From Prorocentrum cordatum (lineage: Eukaryota): a stretch of DNA of 64,000 bases. Positions 40,515 to 53,381 of the stretch are shown in pieces. The notes under the pieces were generated by a model. It had not been told where the DNA came from. It made no database searches and saw only the letters and a list, made by a program, of their open reading frames with translations. Numbering within the stretch: position 1 is the stretch's first letter; every line of letters begins with the position of its first letter. The position numbers and the translations under genes were made by a program. Location: assembly GCA_963575745.1 (NCBI GenBank), contig CAUYUJ010000059.1:186001-250000 (forward strand). The letters are read 5' to 3'.

Positions 40515-41087
40515 GAGGAGGAGGAGGAGGAGGGGAGGAGGAGGGAGGAGGAGGGGGAGGAGGGGGAGAGGGAGGAGGGGGAGGAGGAGGAGGAGAGGAG
40601 GAGGAGGAGGGGGGGGGAGGAGGAGGAGGAGGAGGGAGGAGGAGGGGAGGAGGGGAGGGGAGGAGGAGGGGAGGAGGAGGAGGAGGAGGCGGAGGAGGAG
40701 GAGAGGAGGAGGAGGAGGAGGAGGGAGGAGGAGGGGGAGGAGGAGGGGGAGGGGGAGGAGGAGGAGGAGGAGGAGGAGGAGGAGGAGGAGGAGGAGGAGA
40801 GGAGGAGGAGGAGGGGGAGGGGGGGAGGTGGAGGAGGAGGAGGAGGAGGAGGAGGAGGAGGAGGAGGAGAGGAGGAGGAGGGAGGAGGAGGAGGGGAGGG
40901 GAGGAGGGAGGGAGGGAGGGAGGGAGGGAGGGAGCCAGGCGACTCGAGGAGGGAAGCGGCACTGCAAGAAAGGGAGCCAGCAGGACGAGGAGGCGCCAGC
41001 CAGGAGGCCCGCAGGCCCATGTACGCGCTGTTCTTCTGGGTCCGTCGGAGGACACCTGCCCTGCAGCTGAACGACTTCAAGCTGCGC

Positions 41088-41118
<31 letters not shown>

Positions 41119-42426
41119 GATTACACTCTGGGCGATGCTTAAGCAAACCCAAGTTTTCGGCCAGAGTCTCGATGATTCTTACTGTTTCAATGTAGATCCT
41201 AAGATTTGACTAGACATTCTGGGTTTTTCTCCAAATTCTGAGACTATGAATTTCTTAACCCATGATTTCTTAAGCAGTTCGCAGGGTGCACACCGCTGCA
41301 ATCCGGCCGTGTCCCAGACAACGGCCGCGTGACGGCTGAAATCAATTCTGCCAGGGCGGACAAGAGGGAGGCGGGGGAAGTGAGAAGAAGATTTGTCATT
41401 CTCGGCCTGGCGCCGACAAACAGGACGACGAGGCGGCAGGGAGAAGGGAGCGAGAAGCTTGGCGGCGCACGAGAGTCTCTGCACCGTCGCGGTATTCCGC
41501 AGCAGCTTGCCGTGAGATAAGCGGAAGGTCACACAGTCAAAGCTATTTGTTTGAGTCGTATATGTTCTGCGAGTTCCTCTTCTTCGTCACCCCCCTCACC
41601 TTCCCCCATTCCTCGATGGTATTATCTCATCCTTATCATCCTGCCTTTGCTGCTCATATTCCTATCGGCCCTCCTTCGCCTCCCACCGATGTCTTCTTTC
41701 ATCGTCCCTGGCCTGGTGCAGGCTCACACGTGGTCCAATTCGACCGTCGAACTCGGTTATTCGAGTTGCGGTATGTCTGGGCTATTGGTCCGTGGTCTCC
41801 GAGATGCTTGTCGTCGCCCTCGTGAGAGGCCAGATTGACCGGAGCGTCGAGGAGTAATCGTGGTTGCCAGTCCGCACAGTAGGAAGTAGTCGGGAAAGTA
41901 TAGTCGGAACCAGTTCAGATGGGCAGTTACACGGAACGAGAGTTTCGTACAAGGAATGCCGTTTTTCATCAAATGTTGATTGGTACGAACAGTGGAGATA
42001 TTGCACAGGCCCCCGCCGACGCATTCGAAATCGAATTTGAGGGTGCAGGGTACGTCACCAGCGTGCGTAGTCCCCAGCGCTTCGATCGATAGTTTCATGC
42101 AGGACTCTTCTATCCGCCGTAGCACAAGTACCAGAGGAATTATTGGCAGTGCGCATTGGAAATTGTAGTTTATGGCATCTAGCACTCTTGGTTTTCTTTT
42201 GCATGCGTGCCACCTTTCTGATGAACCATTGCGTGTTGACACAACTATGGGCTGTTAGGCAGTCAGGCAACGGTCACGAAGTACGCGTCTTTTGTACGTT
42301 TCGGAAGTGAACGAAGCCAACGCTGGCTCTCAAGACGAAGCAGCAAATTATCAATGTGTGTGTGTGTGGTAGGCGTCATTGCGTTTCTGTCGCGAAGGCC
42401 CCGAAAACGTTAGTCTCCCATTATTA

Positions 42427-43685
42427 GAAAGAGCGTGTTCTACCGCTGCTGGCGGCAAACCGGGGGGGGTCACTACCGGTTCGAACCCCTCCCCCCCCCC
42501 CCTCCGGAAAATGGGGGGTCACTACCGGTTCGAACCCCTCCCCCCCCCCCCCAAGCTCATCATGAAAAGGGGGGGGGGTCACTACCGGTTCGAACCCCTC
42601 CCCCCCCCCCCTCTCGAAAACCGGGGGGGGTCACTATAGCAGTTCGAACCCCCCCCCCCCTTCGAAAACCGAGTGGGGGTGCGGACAGTGGTGGGGACGG
42701 TGTTGGTGGGGACAGTGGTGAAGGGATAGCGGGACAGTGGTGGGGACAGTGGGACAGTGGGACAGTGGTGGGGACGGTAGTGGTGGGGACAGTGGTGGGG
42801 ACAATGGTGGGAACAGGGGGGGACAGTGGACAGTGGTGGTGACGGTGGTGGTGGGGACAGTGGTGTGGGGACAATGGGAATGAGGTGGAAACAGTGGGAC
42901 AGTGGAGGGTACAATGGTGGTGGGGACAGTGGTGAAGGCGGTGGCGAGGACGGCGGTGGGACAATGGGACAGAGGTACAGTGGGGACAGTGGTGGGGACA
43001 GTGGGGACAGTGGTGGGAACAGTGGGACAGCTCAGTGGGACAGCGGAGGAGTCAGTGAGACAGTGGGGACAGTGGGGATAGTCGGGCAGTGGTTGGGGCC
43101 GTGGAGACAGTGGGGAGAGTGGAACCGTGGTGGGAACAGTTCTGGGGACAGCGGGGACAGTGCGACAGTGGTGGGGCCACTGGTGGGGACAGTAGGGGCG
43201 GTGGTGGAACCAGTGGGGACAGCGGTGGTGAGGACAGTGGTGCTGGGAACACCAGTGGGGGATGTGATGCGGACGGTGGTGGGGACCGGGAGTCGTTTGC
43301 TGGCGGTGAGTAGGGGGGGGAGGGGGGGGGGGGTTCGAACTGGTAGTGACCCCTCCGGTTTTCCGATCCGAAGGGTAAGGGGGGGGGGAGGGGTTCGAAC
43401 CGGTAGTGACCCCCCCGGTTTCCGGATCCAGAGGGGGGGAAGGGGGGGGGGCCGGGGGTTCGAACCAGTAGTGACCCCCCGGTTTTCGAGCGGGAGGGGG
43501 GGGGGGGAGGGGTTAGGGGAGGGGGGGGGTTTTGCCGGGGGAGAGGGGAGGGGGGGGGGGGGGGGGAGGGGTTCGAGGCGGGGGGGGGGGGGATTTTCGG
43601 AGGGGGGGGGGGGGGCGACCCCCGGGTTCCGGAGGAAAAGGTTGGCAATTTTCCACAGTAAAGCGGCGGTGGATCACGCTCTCTC
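42427..43685. mobile_element. Foldback non-autonomous transposon, copy 2, with a perfect 8-bp TSD
   Basis: CATTATTA|GAAAGAGCGTGTTCTACCGC ... GCGGTGGATCACGCTCTCTC|CATTATTA. Same arm/core architecture as 21820-23246. Confidence 0.88.
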
Positions 43686-46600
43686 CATTATTACCACTCG
43701 AATGTTGTATTGATTGCGTGGTGTACAGGTACGAAGCGTTTGCCAATTGACCGTCGAAAGCAACACTGGATGGATAAATCTTGACGCCTCGCGTATCCCC
43801 ACCAGTGGTGCGTCCCAATGAATGCTGAGCATTTTGCTCAGTGCACGTGCATTGCACGCCTCGCGTGGAATTTGCCTGTTCCGCCGTCCCGGACACGCCT
43901 GTTGCCGCCAGACCATTGTCGCGCGGCCGCCGACCAAAAATCCCCACCAGTTCATTCTACGCTGGCGTCCTCATCGGCATCCTTGTGGGCGTTCTCGCGA
44001 TACCTGTGAGGTGCCTCCCGCGCCATTTTGGCTGCGCTTCGCGCTGCTCCGCTCTGTGGCGGCGTAGTTTGCTTCGCTGCTTTTTCCTTCGCTACGGCGC
44101 GGCCCGCCCTAGCGCGCTCGGCGTTCGACTTGCTTCGCGCGCCCGCGTACAAAAAATATCCCCACCAACCCCATCCAGACATGGTGACCACGTACGTTGG
44201 TTCCACCAGAATAAGGAGGGGGGGCAACCAGCAACCCGAATTTCGGGATCAGCGTGAGGAAACGCATAAGTTTGCCAGAAATGCTTCACGATTCGCGCAT
44301 CCCCACCAGCCCATCCAGGAACGATGCCGTGAGGGGCTGCCCTATCATGTGGAGGGTTCGGGGACCCCCCTTGGGCCAGAGGCTTCTTGGATGCCGCTCG
44401 GAGTTTCTAAGGATGTGTGTCGAGGTCATTCGGGGTCTTCTTGGGGCGCTTTGGGGGCCTCATGGCGGTTTTTAGGAGCTTCTTGGGCGCCTTGGGGGTT
44501 TCTTGGAGGTCTTGTAGGACGTCATGGAGCCTCTCGGTGGCCTTCAGAGCCTATTGGGGCGTTTTGGTTTCCTCTTGGAGGCCTCTTGGGGGCCGCCTTC
44601 GGGCCTGTGCCTATTGGGGCCCTCTTGGAGCTCTTTTGGGAGCTCGTCGGGCTGTCTTGGGGCCGTCGTGGAGGCCATCGATCAAAGAAGGGCGGGTCCT
44701 CAATTAGGGTCGCCCCCCCAGGAGGCAAGACTTGGCTTGCAACCAGAAGAAACTCAATGTTGGTTTGCCTTTTCGCTGACGCCTTCCAGGTCGCGCTGAC
44801 GACCGGCGACCCCCCCATCGTGGCTTCCCCTCGGGGCCCGCCATCGTGGCCCCCCGTCGCGGCCCCCCTCGCGGCCTCGCACCGTGGCCTCCTCATCGCG
44901 GCCCCCCAGCCGCGTAAATGCGCAAAGGTGTCTAGGGCATCTTGCCGCAATGGTGGCACTTACGAAGTTTTGAGACAGGGCGGCGCGCATTCGCACCGCT
45001 CCCTCTGGAGCACGGAAAGTCGTCTCTCGGAGCCCTCTTTGGGAGGGTGTCGGAGCGTTCCTGGGGCCGTCTCGGACCTCTTTTGGGTGCCTCTCTTGGG
45101 CAATGTTGGAGCAATCGGGAGGCCCCACGGACACATGGAAAGCGAAGAGGCGAGAAGACATCACACATTGAAGACACATCAGATGGTTGAGTGATGTTGG
45201 TATATCGGGGAACTCTTTGGGAAGCTCCATGGCGACTTGGAGTCGCCTCGGGGTGGCAGTGTGGTTTATTGGAGGCACGTTGTAGGTAATCTTGAACCAC
45301 CTTGGAATATCCCAGGCCCTCTTGGAGTCATTGTGAACCGAAAAGGACCTTGTGACGCCTCGCGCCCCCTCATTCATCCAGACCCAGGGGATGGGGTGGG
45401 GGAAGGGGTAAAACCCTCCACGGAGTAGAAGAGATGGGATGGACAAACATGCGATCTAGGCCACTACCGCCCAGAGGGGTTGGTGGAATTACAATATTGA
45501 TGTGGGCATCTATACGGTACCACAGACATTGAAAATTGTCATGTGATCATGTGTTGGGCCCGGGTGAGTTGCATGTACATGGCACGAGCACGATATCAGA
45601 AGAAGGAGGAGGATGCAGGTGGGAAGTGGAACGCGTTCAAGCTGATTAGGGGCCGTGGTTCTCTCCCGAAAGGCTATTGGGTTATTGGAGCGTTTGCAGC
45701 TTTTGCGATCGGCGAGCTCTATTGCATAGGAAGGGGATGGGCGCATATGCATCTTATAGGGCAACGCAAGACGTCAGGTACGCATGAGCAAGATAACACT
45801 AGACGTGTGTGTATGTGGTGCAGGATGGGCATGTGAAGATGTCGGTGCTCACATGTGCGAAGGTGACGAAGAGAGTTGCAGAAGGCAGTTTTCGATAAGG
45901 GTACTGACGCGAGTGGGCGGCATTATCTCTACTGGTTGTCATTCCTCTCGCTTTCCCCCCCCCTTCGACATCCTGCCTCCTCGTCCCCCTGGTATTACTC
46001 CTCCTCCTCCACCTCCTCCTCCTCCTCCTCCTCCTCCTCCTCTTCCTCTTGTATAGGGCGCTGCCACAAAACAGTAAAGGGTACTGGGGGGGGGCTTGGG
46101 GAGAGCGAGGTCGGATCTTACCCTGGGGCACTTGTAGATATTCACACATGCCCCTCGGAAGCAATCGACTAAGGCTGCAACTTGCCTGGTGCAAGAACTT
46201 ATACGCACATTAAGCACAGGGGCACGGCGCTCCTCTCCTCTCCACTCCTCTCCTCCCCCCTCCTCCTCCTCCTCCCCTCTTCTCGCTTTTCCTCTCCTTC
46301 CTCCCCTCTCCTCTCCTCTCTTCCCATTATCATCCTCCTCCTTCTCCTTCGGCGCCCCCCCGTCTCTCTTCCCATCCTCCCACCACCTGCCATCCCATCT
46401 TCATTCAGTTGACGCTTTGGGTCGTAGTCTGACCCTGCTGTTTTTATTGATATTGGTGTGCCTCCCGATCTCACGTCTCGTCCTACTATTCGTTCGCGTT
46501 CGTACCTGCTCTGTCTGCCCCGTTTCCTCCAGCTTCGCTGTCATCGTGGCGTCTTTGCCCCATCCACCCCCAACCTAGCTCACGAGGGACGACAGCGACG

Positions 46601-47192
46601 ACCAGGGCGACTGCGGCGGCATCGTCAGCGGCAGCGCAGGGACGACAGGAGAGAGGAAGGAGAGAGGAAGGAGAAGAGGGGAGGGCGACAGCGACGACGA
46701 GGGAAACTGCGGCGGCATCGTCGGCGACAGCGCAGGCACGAGAGGAGAGGGGAAGGAGAGAGGAAGGAGAAGAGGGGAGGGGAGGGGCGGGCAGGGGAGG
46801 AGGGGGAGAGAGGAAGGAGGAAATGGGCGAGTGAGGGATGGGCGGGTGGGCGGATCAAGGGCGGAGAGTGGGCGAGAGAGGGGCGGGTAAGATGCTGAGA
46901 AGACAGCCAGCAATGGCTTGTCACAAAGTGCTCACTGGACCCCTCGAGCGTCGCCCAGGCCAGTGCCTCGAGCCTCCGAACTGCTCAGCTCGAACGAGAC
47001 GGGCGGCCCAGGCGCCCCAGAAAAAAAAACGGGAGCGGAGCCGCAGAGCTCTCTCCTGGCCACCGAGTCGGTGGTGTTCGCATTGTCGCATCTATCGTCG
47101 TCGCTGTTCGTAGGTCGCTCGTCCTCCTTCCTATCCTCGTCCTCTCGACTGTGATCTGAGAACCCTCGAGCTCCGAACTCCCAATCCCCGAT

Positions 47193-50100
47193 CTATTGCA
47201 GCGCCTGCGAGCCCTTCTTCTTAAGGGTCGGCCTGTCGCTTGCAGGGGCAGCTGTCGACTTCGACGGGCCAGCACTGCCTCCTGCGATACTCGAGAAGTC
47301 GGTACCACCAACACTGATGTGAGACTTCTCGCCGCTGGTGTCTGGCGGCCTGGCAAGGACGGCTGCAACCCGATCCTGCAAGGCCTGATTCAAATCCTGG
47401 AGCTTCGCATTGAAACGCTTGGGCAGGATGCCCGCAGTCAGCTCCAACGAACGCTGGAGAGCACACGCAGGCGCAGCATTGATGCAGTTAGCCAGCACCA
47501 TCTCCGACAAAGCACTACCAAGCTTCAAAGCAAGCGACGAGCGATTCGCACTGTACTCACTGAGAGACCGAACCACACTCATCTCCTTGTCGTCAGCCCA
47601 CTTGAGCATGGAGACGTTGGAGACCAGGAACTCACATATGCGCTCGGATGTGGGCGTCGTGGCAATGAACGTCTCGAAACGTCTGATCATCGCCGCCCAT
47701 GCCGAGTCGTTGCCGTCCGAGGTGAGAAACGCGAGCTCCCCCTTGAACGACCACTTGTTCAAGGCTTCCTCCAAGCCGCTGCACTTGTCCAAGAACTGTT
47801 GGATTTCTTCCTCCACGTCGGGCTTGGTGAGGTCGCGGGGCGCAAGCCTCCACACCCTGATCAGCTCATTCTCATGCTTCCCGAACGACTCCAGCTCGCG
47901 AACGTCGTTCGTGACGGTGCTCGCGTCCATGAGGGCGGTCGTCAATTCGATCATGCCGATCTGTCTGCCGTCTTTGACCCAGCCGAACGATCTCTCCAGG
48001 GCTTTCATGCTCCGTGCTGACACCAAGAGCGCCTTCACACCATCAGGCACTTTGCTCTCGAACTCCTTCGCAACGGACAAGAATGCGTCAGAACAGAACG
48101 GCGAGTGCACGACGCGTCGGACGTAGGACATCAAGGGGGTGGCCACCTGGACTCCAGCCCAAGCGTGGTTCAGTTTGTGCAAGAAGGTCATGAAGCTGTC
48201 GCCCAAGATGTCGTTCACCTCCTGGTCAGCAGCTGGCTTCAGGCCCGAGTCCATCAAGTGAGCCTTCACCCACTCCCTGAGCCCCGTCGCGCAGTCCTCC
48301 GTGACCGTGGAAGTCGCCATCAGCAGACTCTTGACGTGGTGCGTGAGGATCATCTTCTTGCGCGTGCTCTGGAGGGCCTGGGACTTCGGCGCGAAGTGGG
48401 CGCAGTACTCCAAGACGTTTCCAACCCAGTAGAGCTCGCCCCACGTGTCATCCTCAACCTCGCAGTGCAGGGCGCGTGATAGTTTCCCCTCGAGCTGACA
48501 AACTATCACGTCAGTCGCATGACCTCCATCCCCTCCCTCCCGCCCGAACCCCATCGAAATTCCAGGCCGCCCGATTAGGGTGGAAGAGGGGGATGCAGAG
48601 TCGAGTCGGACCGAGGACCCCATCGGAAAGACCAGCGGTCAGCCGACAGTCGACCTCAAGACCAGATTTAGCGGCCCCCTTGGGGGGCCCATCCCTTCAG
48701 GACGGGGGGGGGGGGGAGCAGCGACGTGAATAGGTTGGCAGCTCGCCTGGAGATCCTCCACGCTGAACCAGCTCATCAACGTATTGCACATGAACGCGTT
48801 CACCACCTTGGCCATGTTCATGTTCTCCGCGTAGACCGTATCCTCGAAGTCACTCGGGTCTGCATTCACGATGCACGTGGCGCAAAATTTCATTGAGATA
48901 TCTTGCTGCTCCTCCTGGCAAACGTCCACGACGGCGTTGTAGGCATCCTCGCTCTTGCCGCTGGGCTCCTTCAAGCCCGTGGCGATACTCAAGACCTTCT
49001 CCTTGAACTGGCTGGCAGCCGCCGCAGCCTCCTTCACGCAATCTGCATTGGCGAGGTTGCCATCAGAGGCGAGCAGCTCGACCAGGTGATCCCACGCGAG
49101 TTTCATGACGTTGCTGTTCGAGAGTGCCCTCACCCCTGCAGCGGTAGCTAGATTCCGTACACGCGTCGAAACTGCGTCGATCTTGGAGAGCATCATTCTG
49201 GACATCTTGCGCAAAGCCCCTGCCACAGGCTTCGCCTCACGAATGCACGTCAACACGTCGCCTGCGACGACGAGAGCGGACACGTCCATGTAGGGCTGCT
49301 CGAAGAGACTGGCCTTCGTGAAAGGTTCCCGCGCGTCGTCACACACGCTGAAGTCGAAAGGCTGGAACTCCTTGCCCAAGTACTCCTTGACGTCGGCAAT
49401 CCTCTTCAGCACCGTCGCCTCGCTCGGACTCTCGATGACGATTCGCTCCACCATGTCGGTCACAAGGCCAGCCTGAGTTCGCACCGCCAGCGAGTCCGCC
49501 ATGATGGCGTCAGCCTTGCACGACGCGGTCTCCCACAGCAGCCCGAGGCACAGAGTCTCGACGCGAGGCCACTCAACTGGTTGAGAATCGCCCTCGGGAG
49601 CAGGAGCCCGGGGGCACATGGCAAACTTGATCATGAGTGGCGGTTCGCTCGTCGCTAGCGTGAAGCAGGCTTGCTGGATGATCTGCGACCTTAAGCTCAC
49701 AGAACAACCGACCATAACCTGGTGCTCCGCGCTGGTGATGGTCCGCTTTGCCACGTCCACGGTCTTGCCCCTGATCTCCTCGAAGAAGATACGCCTGGCC
49801 GAGATCTCCTTGATCACCATCCCTGCTTGTTCCGACTTCGCTGAGAAATCATCGTCTCCAGTGAACCTGGCCATCTCGCGGGCGGATTTGGCCAATGCGT
49901 TGACGGTGGCATCGTGGATCCTGCGCTTCGGGCGCTGCGTCCACTCCTTCTCTGCCGAATGGTGCTCACGAGCCCTCTCCATGACCTTCTCAAACCTCTG
50001 AGTGGCGGACTCCTGCGGCGTGGGCTTGCCCTTCTTGCGAGCAGCGGCGCTGCCGACCTAAGGGCCAGCCGAAACTCACCCTGCCCTGGGACGGGGGGGG

Positions 50101-51460
50101 CATGGCGGTCCTCCGACATCTTCTTCTCTCCCTCATCCCTCATCCTCATTCGCTTCGTCGGGGGCGGCATGAATGCGCGTGCATCTCCACGCTGATCTAT
50201 GGCAAGGGTCGGGCCGTCGAGAGGCCCACCCCTTCCCTTGGCAAGACCAGCACGGAAACCTCAACACGCAGTCATCCCGCCCCTGGAAGGAAGAGGGGAG
50301 GGAATCCGACACGCGGAGGACGAGAAGACGACGGAAGACCACCATACCCCCTCACCCTACTCCCACAGGTAGTTGAGGTTTCGCCAGGCTTGTGCCTCAG
50401 GGCGCCCGCTGCGTGGAGGGCGGCGGCAGTCGCCGTCGGACTCGCCATCCTCATCGATCGGCTCGACGGTGTTGCTCGGGGGCAAGCTGCACTTCGAGCG
50501 CGGCGTCGCCGCCGCCGACGCAGCCCGGCCTCCAGCGGCACCTCCACCACTGCAGATTGCAGACGCAGCCTCCCCCTCCTCTGAGTCCTCCTCGTCCTGG
50601 AGCTGGGCGCGCTGCTCGCCGTCGTCGGAACTCACGTCGCTGAGCATCGCGACGTCGTAGTCGACGTCCCGCGCGCGACCGCCGACATGTCCAGCTGCGG
50701 CAGGGGCCATACCTCGAATCCTCTTGGCCTTCTTGATGTCGGCGATCGCCTCGGCTGCAAGCTCATCGTCCACGGGCTTCTGTCGCTTCTGCAACTGCAC
50801 CTCGCTCTTGACGCCCCTGCGAAACTTGTAGTTGCCCCTGTTCGGGTTCGGGTCGTTGACGTACCAGACACCCACCGATTTCAAACGTGCGTCCCGAGAG
50901 ATCTCAATGTCGGGCCACGTCTTGCGAATCCTCCTCGTCAAGGTGTCGTCTGCGTCGCCGTCGACGCACTTGATCTTGTGGGCCTTGCAGAACTGCTGGA
51001 GAGTGTAGAAGGCACCTTCTTCGTAGGCCTCGCAGAACTCAGACTCCAGCTCGGCCACCCACTGCTCCACTGGCTTCTTCTCTTGATGCGAGAACTCCCC
51101 AGCCTTTGTGCACCTGTCCTTCCTGAGCGCCTCGCAGCGAGCATCGAGAGACGGGCAATCCTTCCTCTGCGCCTGCAAGGTCTCGAAGCTGCAGCCGTCG
51201 AAGAAGCGCCTGCGCATGTCGAAGCAGAGGTAGCACTCGCTGCCTGTCAGGTACACCTCTCCCGTGGTGCGGCTCCTCTCGGCTTTGCTCCACTTCACGC
51301 GGCGCGTCCCGTCCCCGTGCCTGTCCATGTCCTGGGACGTCTGCTTACATGCCTCGCAAGTCCTGGGCGGCGCTGCCAAGATCTCCTCTGCCCAGGTGAC
51401 CTTCTTCTTGATGCTGTGCTTGGCGACGGCCTTCTTGCCACCAGCCGCGGACTTGCCCAT
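47193..51460 (-). CDS. ~1240-aa hypothetical protein (N-terminal Lys-rich segment, CxxC...CxxC zinc finger, long helical region); exons 51460-50396, 50057-48747, ~48536-47193
   Basis: Three long stop-free frames joined by phase-0 AG|GC donors (50396/5, 48747/6) and a TAG|G acceptor (50058/7). The last acceptor is tentative, and a mini-exon near 50190-50111 is possible. Motif CEAC-x~35-GSECYLC. Confidence 0.75.
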
Positions 51461-51571
51461 CGTGCAAGATGGCGCCAGGCTGCCAGCTGCCAGGCTGCCT
51501 GCCGACGGCGGCCCGTCGCTCGGGGAGACTCGAGGACCGAGGAGCCCAGCGCACCCAAGCGCCAGAAATGC

Positions 51572-51593
51572 CTCGAGCCAAAATGGCTACAGA
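51572..51593 (-). other. DinoSL relic (20/22 match)
   Basis: Minus strand reads TCTGTAGCCATTTTGGCTCGAG, ~110 nt upstream of the ATG at 51460. Confidence 0.92.
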
Positions 51594-52343
51594 ACAGGAC
51601 CTGGAGCCGTCGGGGGCCCTGAACGTTTACTAGAGTTGTCGTTCTTTCTTTCGAGGCCCTCAGGGCCCACTGCCCCTCGCCTCAAGGGCCTTCTGGCCCG
51701 CGCGCACTGAGACCCCAAGGGCACTTGGTGTTACAGGAGACCACGTCGAGGCGCTTAAGATCCCTGAGGCTCTTAAAGGCTCTGAATTTTCATGCTGGGA
51801 CTCGGTTTCCCGTTGCCCATGGCCCTAAGGTTTGCAGCTTGCAGACATCTCGAAAGAGTTCGTTAACTCCCCCACTCGCCCAAAGAGCCCGAAGGACCAT
51901 GCAGCCGTTTCTTCGACCAAGTGCAGAGCAGGAGGAGGAGGGCAATGCGCCGATGCGCCCTCGGCAAAGCGACGCACAGCTGACACGAAAAGGCCCTGAG
52001 GAGGAGGAGGAGGAGGAGAAGAAGGAGGAAGAGGGGGGCGGAGGAGGAGGAGGAGGAGGAGGAGGGGGAGGAGGAGTTAAGAGTTAAGAGAGTCTCGGAG
52101 AGTGAGTGGAGCTCCGTCGATCCTGCGATTTCCCCGCTGTGGCTCAAGAGCGGACTGTGTTCAACATGATCCTGAAACTGACGCGGCGCAGGTTGCCTAG
52201 GCTGCGGGCCGCTGGGCCAGGAAACTGAGCAGCAGGCTGAGAGACTGAGCAAGTGGCGGCGCGACTGCACTGCCTGCACGCCTGCACGCCAAGAAACTGC
52301 ACAGGCTGAGACTGCTGAGCCGAGCGATGCATCACGCATCTAC

Positions 52344-52640
52344 TCAGAAAGAGGGTGAGCTGCTCTCCTCTGGCTCATCATCTTGAATCGCAAGCGCTTC
52401 CTGCTGGTCGCTGAGCTGAGAATCGGCATCGAGGGTGTTGTACGCTAGCTCTCTGATCCTCTGAATCTGACGCTTGATCTTGTTGAACCTGCGCTTGAGG
52501 CTCAGAAACCTGTGGAACACATGGCTGCTGTTGCTGAGCACCCTCGTGAGGAACCTCTGCTGGCCTGGAGTCAAGACCCCCATGATGGCTTGCACGCGAG
52601 GCGCAGTCAGCGGCGGCGGGCGCCGAGCCTTGGGAGCCAT
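52344..52640 (-). CDS. 98-aa hypothetical protein: basic N-terminus (MAPKARR), coiled-coil middle, acidic tail
   Basis: ATG-to-stop non-repetitive ORF with GC3-rich codons, preceded by SL 3'-end relics. Confidence 0.65.
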   Translation of the reverse strand: MAPKARRPPPLTAPRVQAIMGVLTPGQQRFLTRVLSNSSHVFHRFLSLKRRFNKIKRQIQRIRELAYNTLDADSQLSDQQEALAIQDDEPEESSSPSF

Positions 52641-52673
52641 GTGTTACACTGCAAACGCGGGAAAGATGTCGGC

Positions 52674-52699
52674 CTCGAGAGCCTCGAGCCTTGAGCCAA
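52674..52699 (-). other. Partial/tandem DinoSL 3'-end relics
   Basis: Minus strand reads TTGGCTCAAG-GCTCGAG-GCTCTCGAG, 35-60 nt upstream of the ATG at 52640. Only 10 nt match exactly. Confidence 0.6.
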
Positions 52700-53044
52700 C
52701 CATATGCCTCTGGAACTGGCCTAGGGGCTGCGGCTCCTACTCGGACTCCTCACCACGGTACAACAGTTATTTCCAATTACCCCCTTCACATTCAGGCTCG
52801 TTGGAACCCCCTACGCCCACGACCACCGCGATGTAGCAAGCAGCGTGCCCATGTTAGACTGCGGGGCTAATGGGAACGTAACTTCGAGAACGTGCTTACA
52901 TTTTCATGCAGACGGCGGGCGCCAACAAATTAAGAGGCTACGCGAATGCCGCGAATGCACCAACCAGTGACGCGAACACCAACTCGATTTGCACCTCCCA
53001 AGCTCCCGCCGCAGGCCGTGCAAATCAGCCATGCACCACCGAGG

Positions 53045-53164
53045 CTCCTGAACAAACGCGTGTTCAGGAGGGGGCTCCTGAACAAATTTTGTTCAGGAAC
53101 CCCAAAAACACAGTGTTCAGGAGGCATCTCCTGAACAAAATTTGTTCAGGAGCTTGTTCAGGAG
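53045..53164. repeat. Cluster of CTCCTGAACA/TGTTCAGGAG inverted 10-mers (three hairpins)
   Basis: Eight copies in both orientations within 120 bp. Confidence 0.9.
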
Positions 53165-53381
53165 CCTGCCAGGCCCCGTGGGACTCCCTGGGACCCCTTG
53201 AAATTCGCTCAGCTGAGCGGTGCAAATCAAGTTGGCCCATAAACAGCGCACACGGCCCCCCGTGCCGACGCCTGGCCCGAGGGTCGCACAGAAGTCTGAG
53301 AATATCGAGGCCCTCCACGATTTCACTTGTCTCCCTCCCGTCTCCCCTCTGCCTCCCGCCTCCATCATATGGGAAAAAATG

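Noticed and set aside
44028..45446. 388-aa and 230-aa ORFs
   Set aside because: They overlie degenerate ctcttgggg/ggcc low-complexity repeats and give no recognisable motifs.
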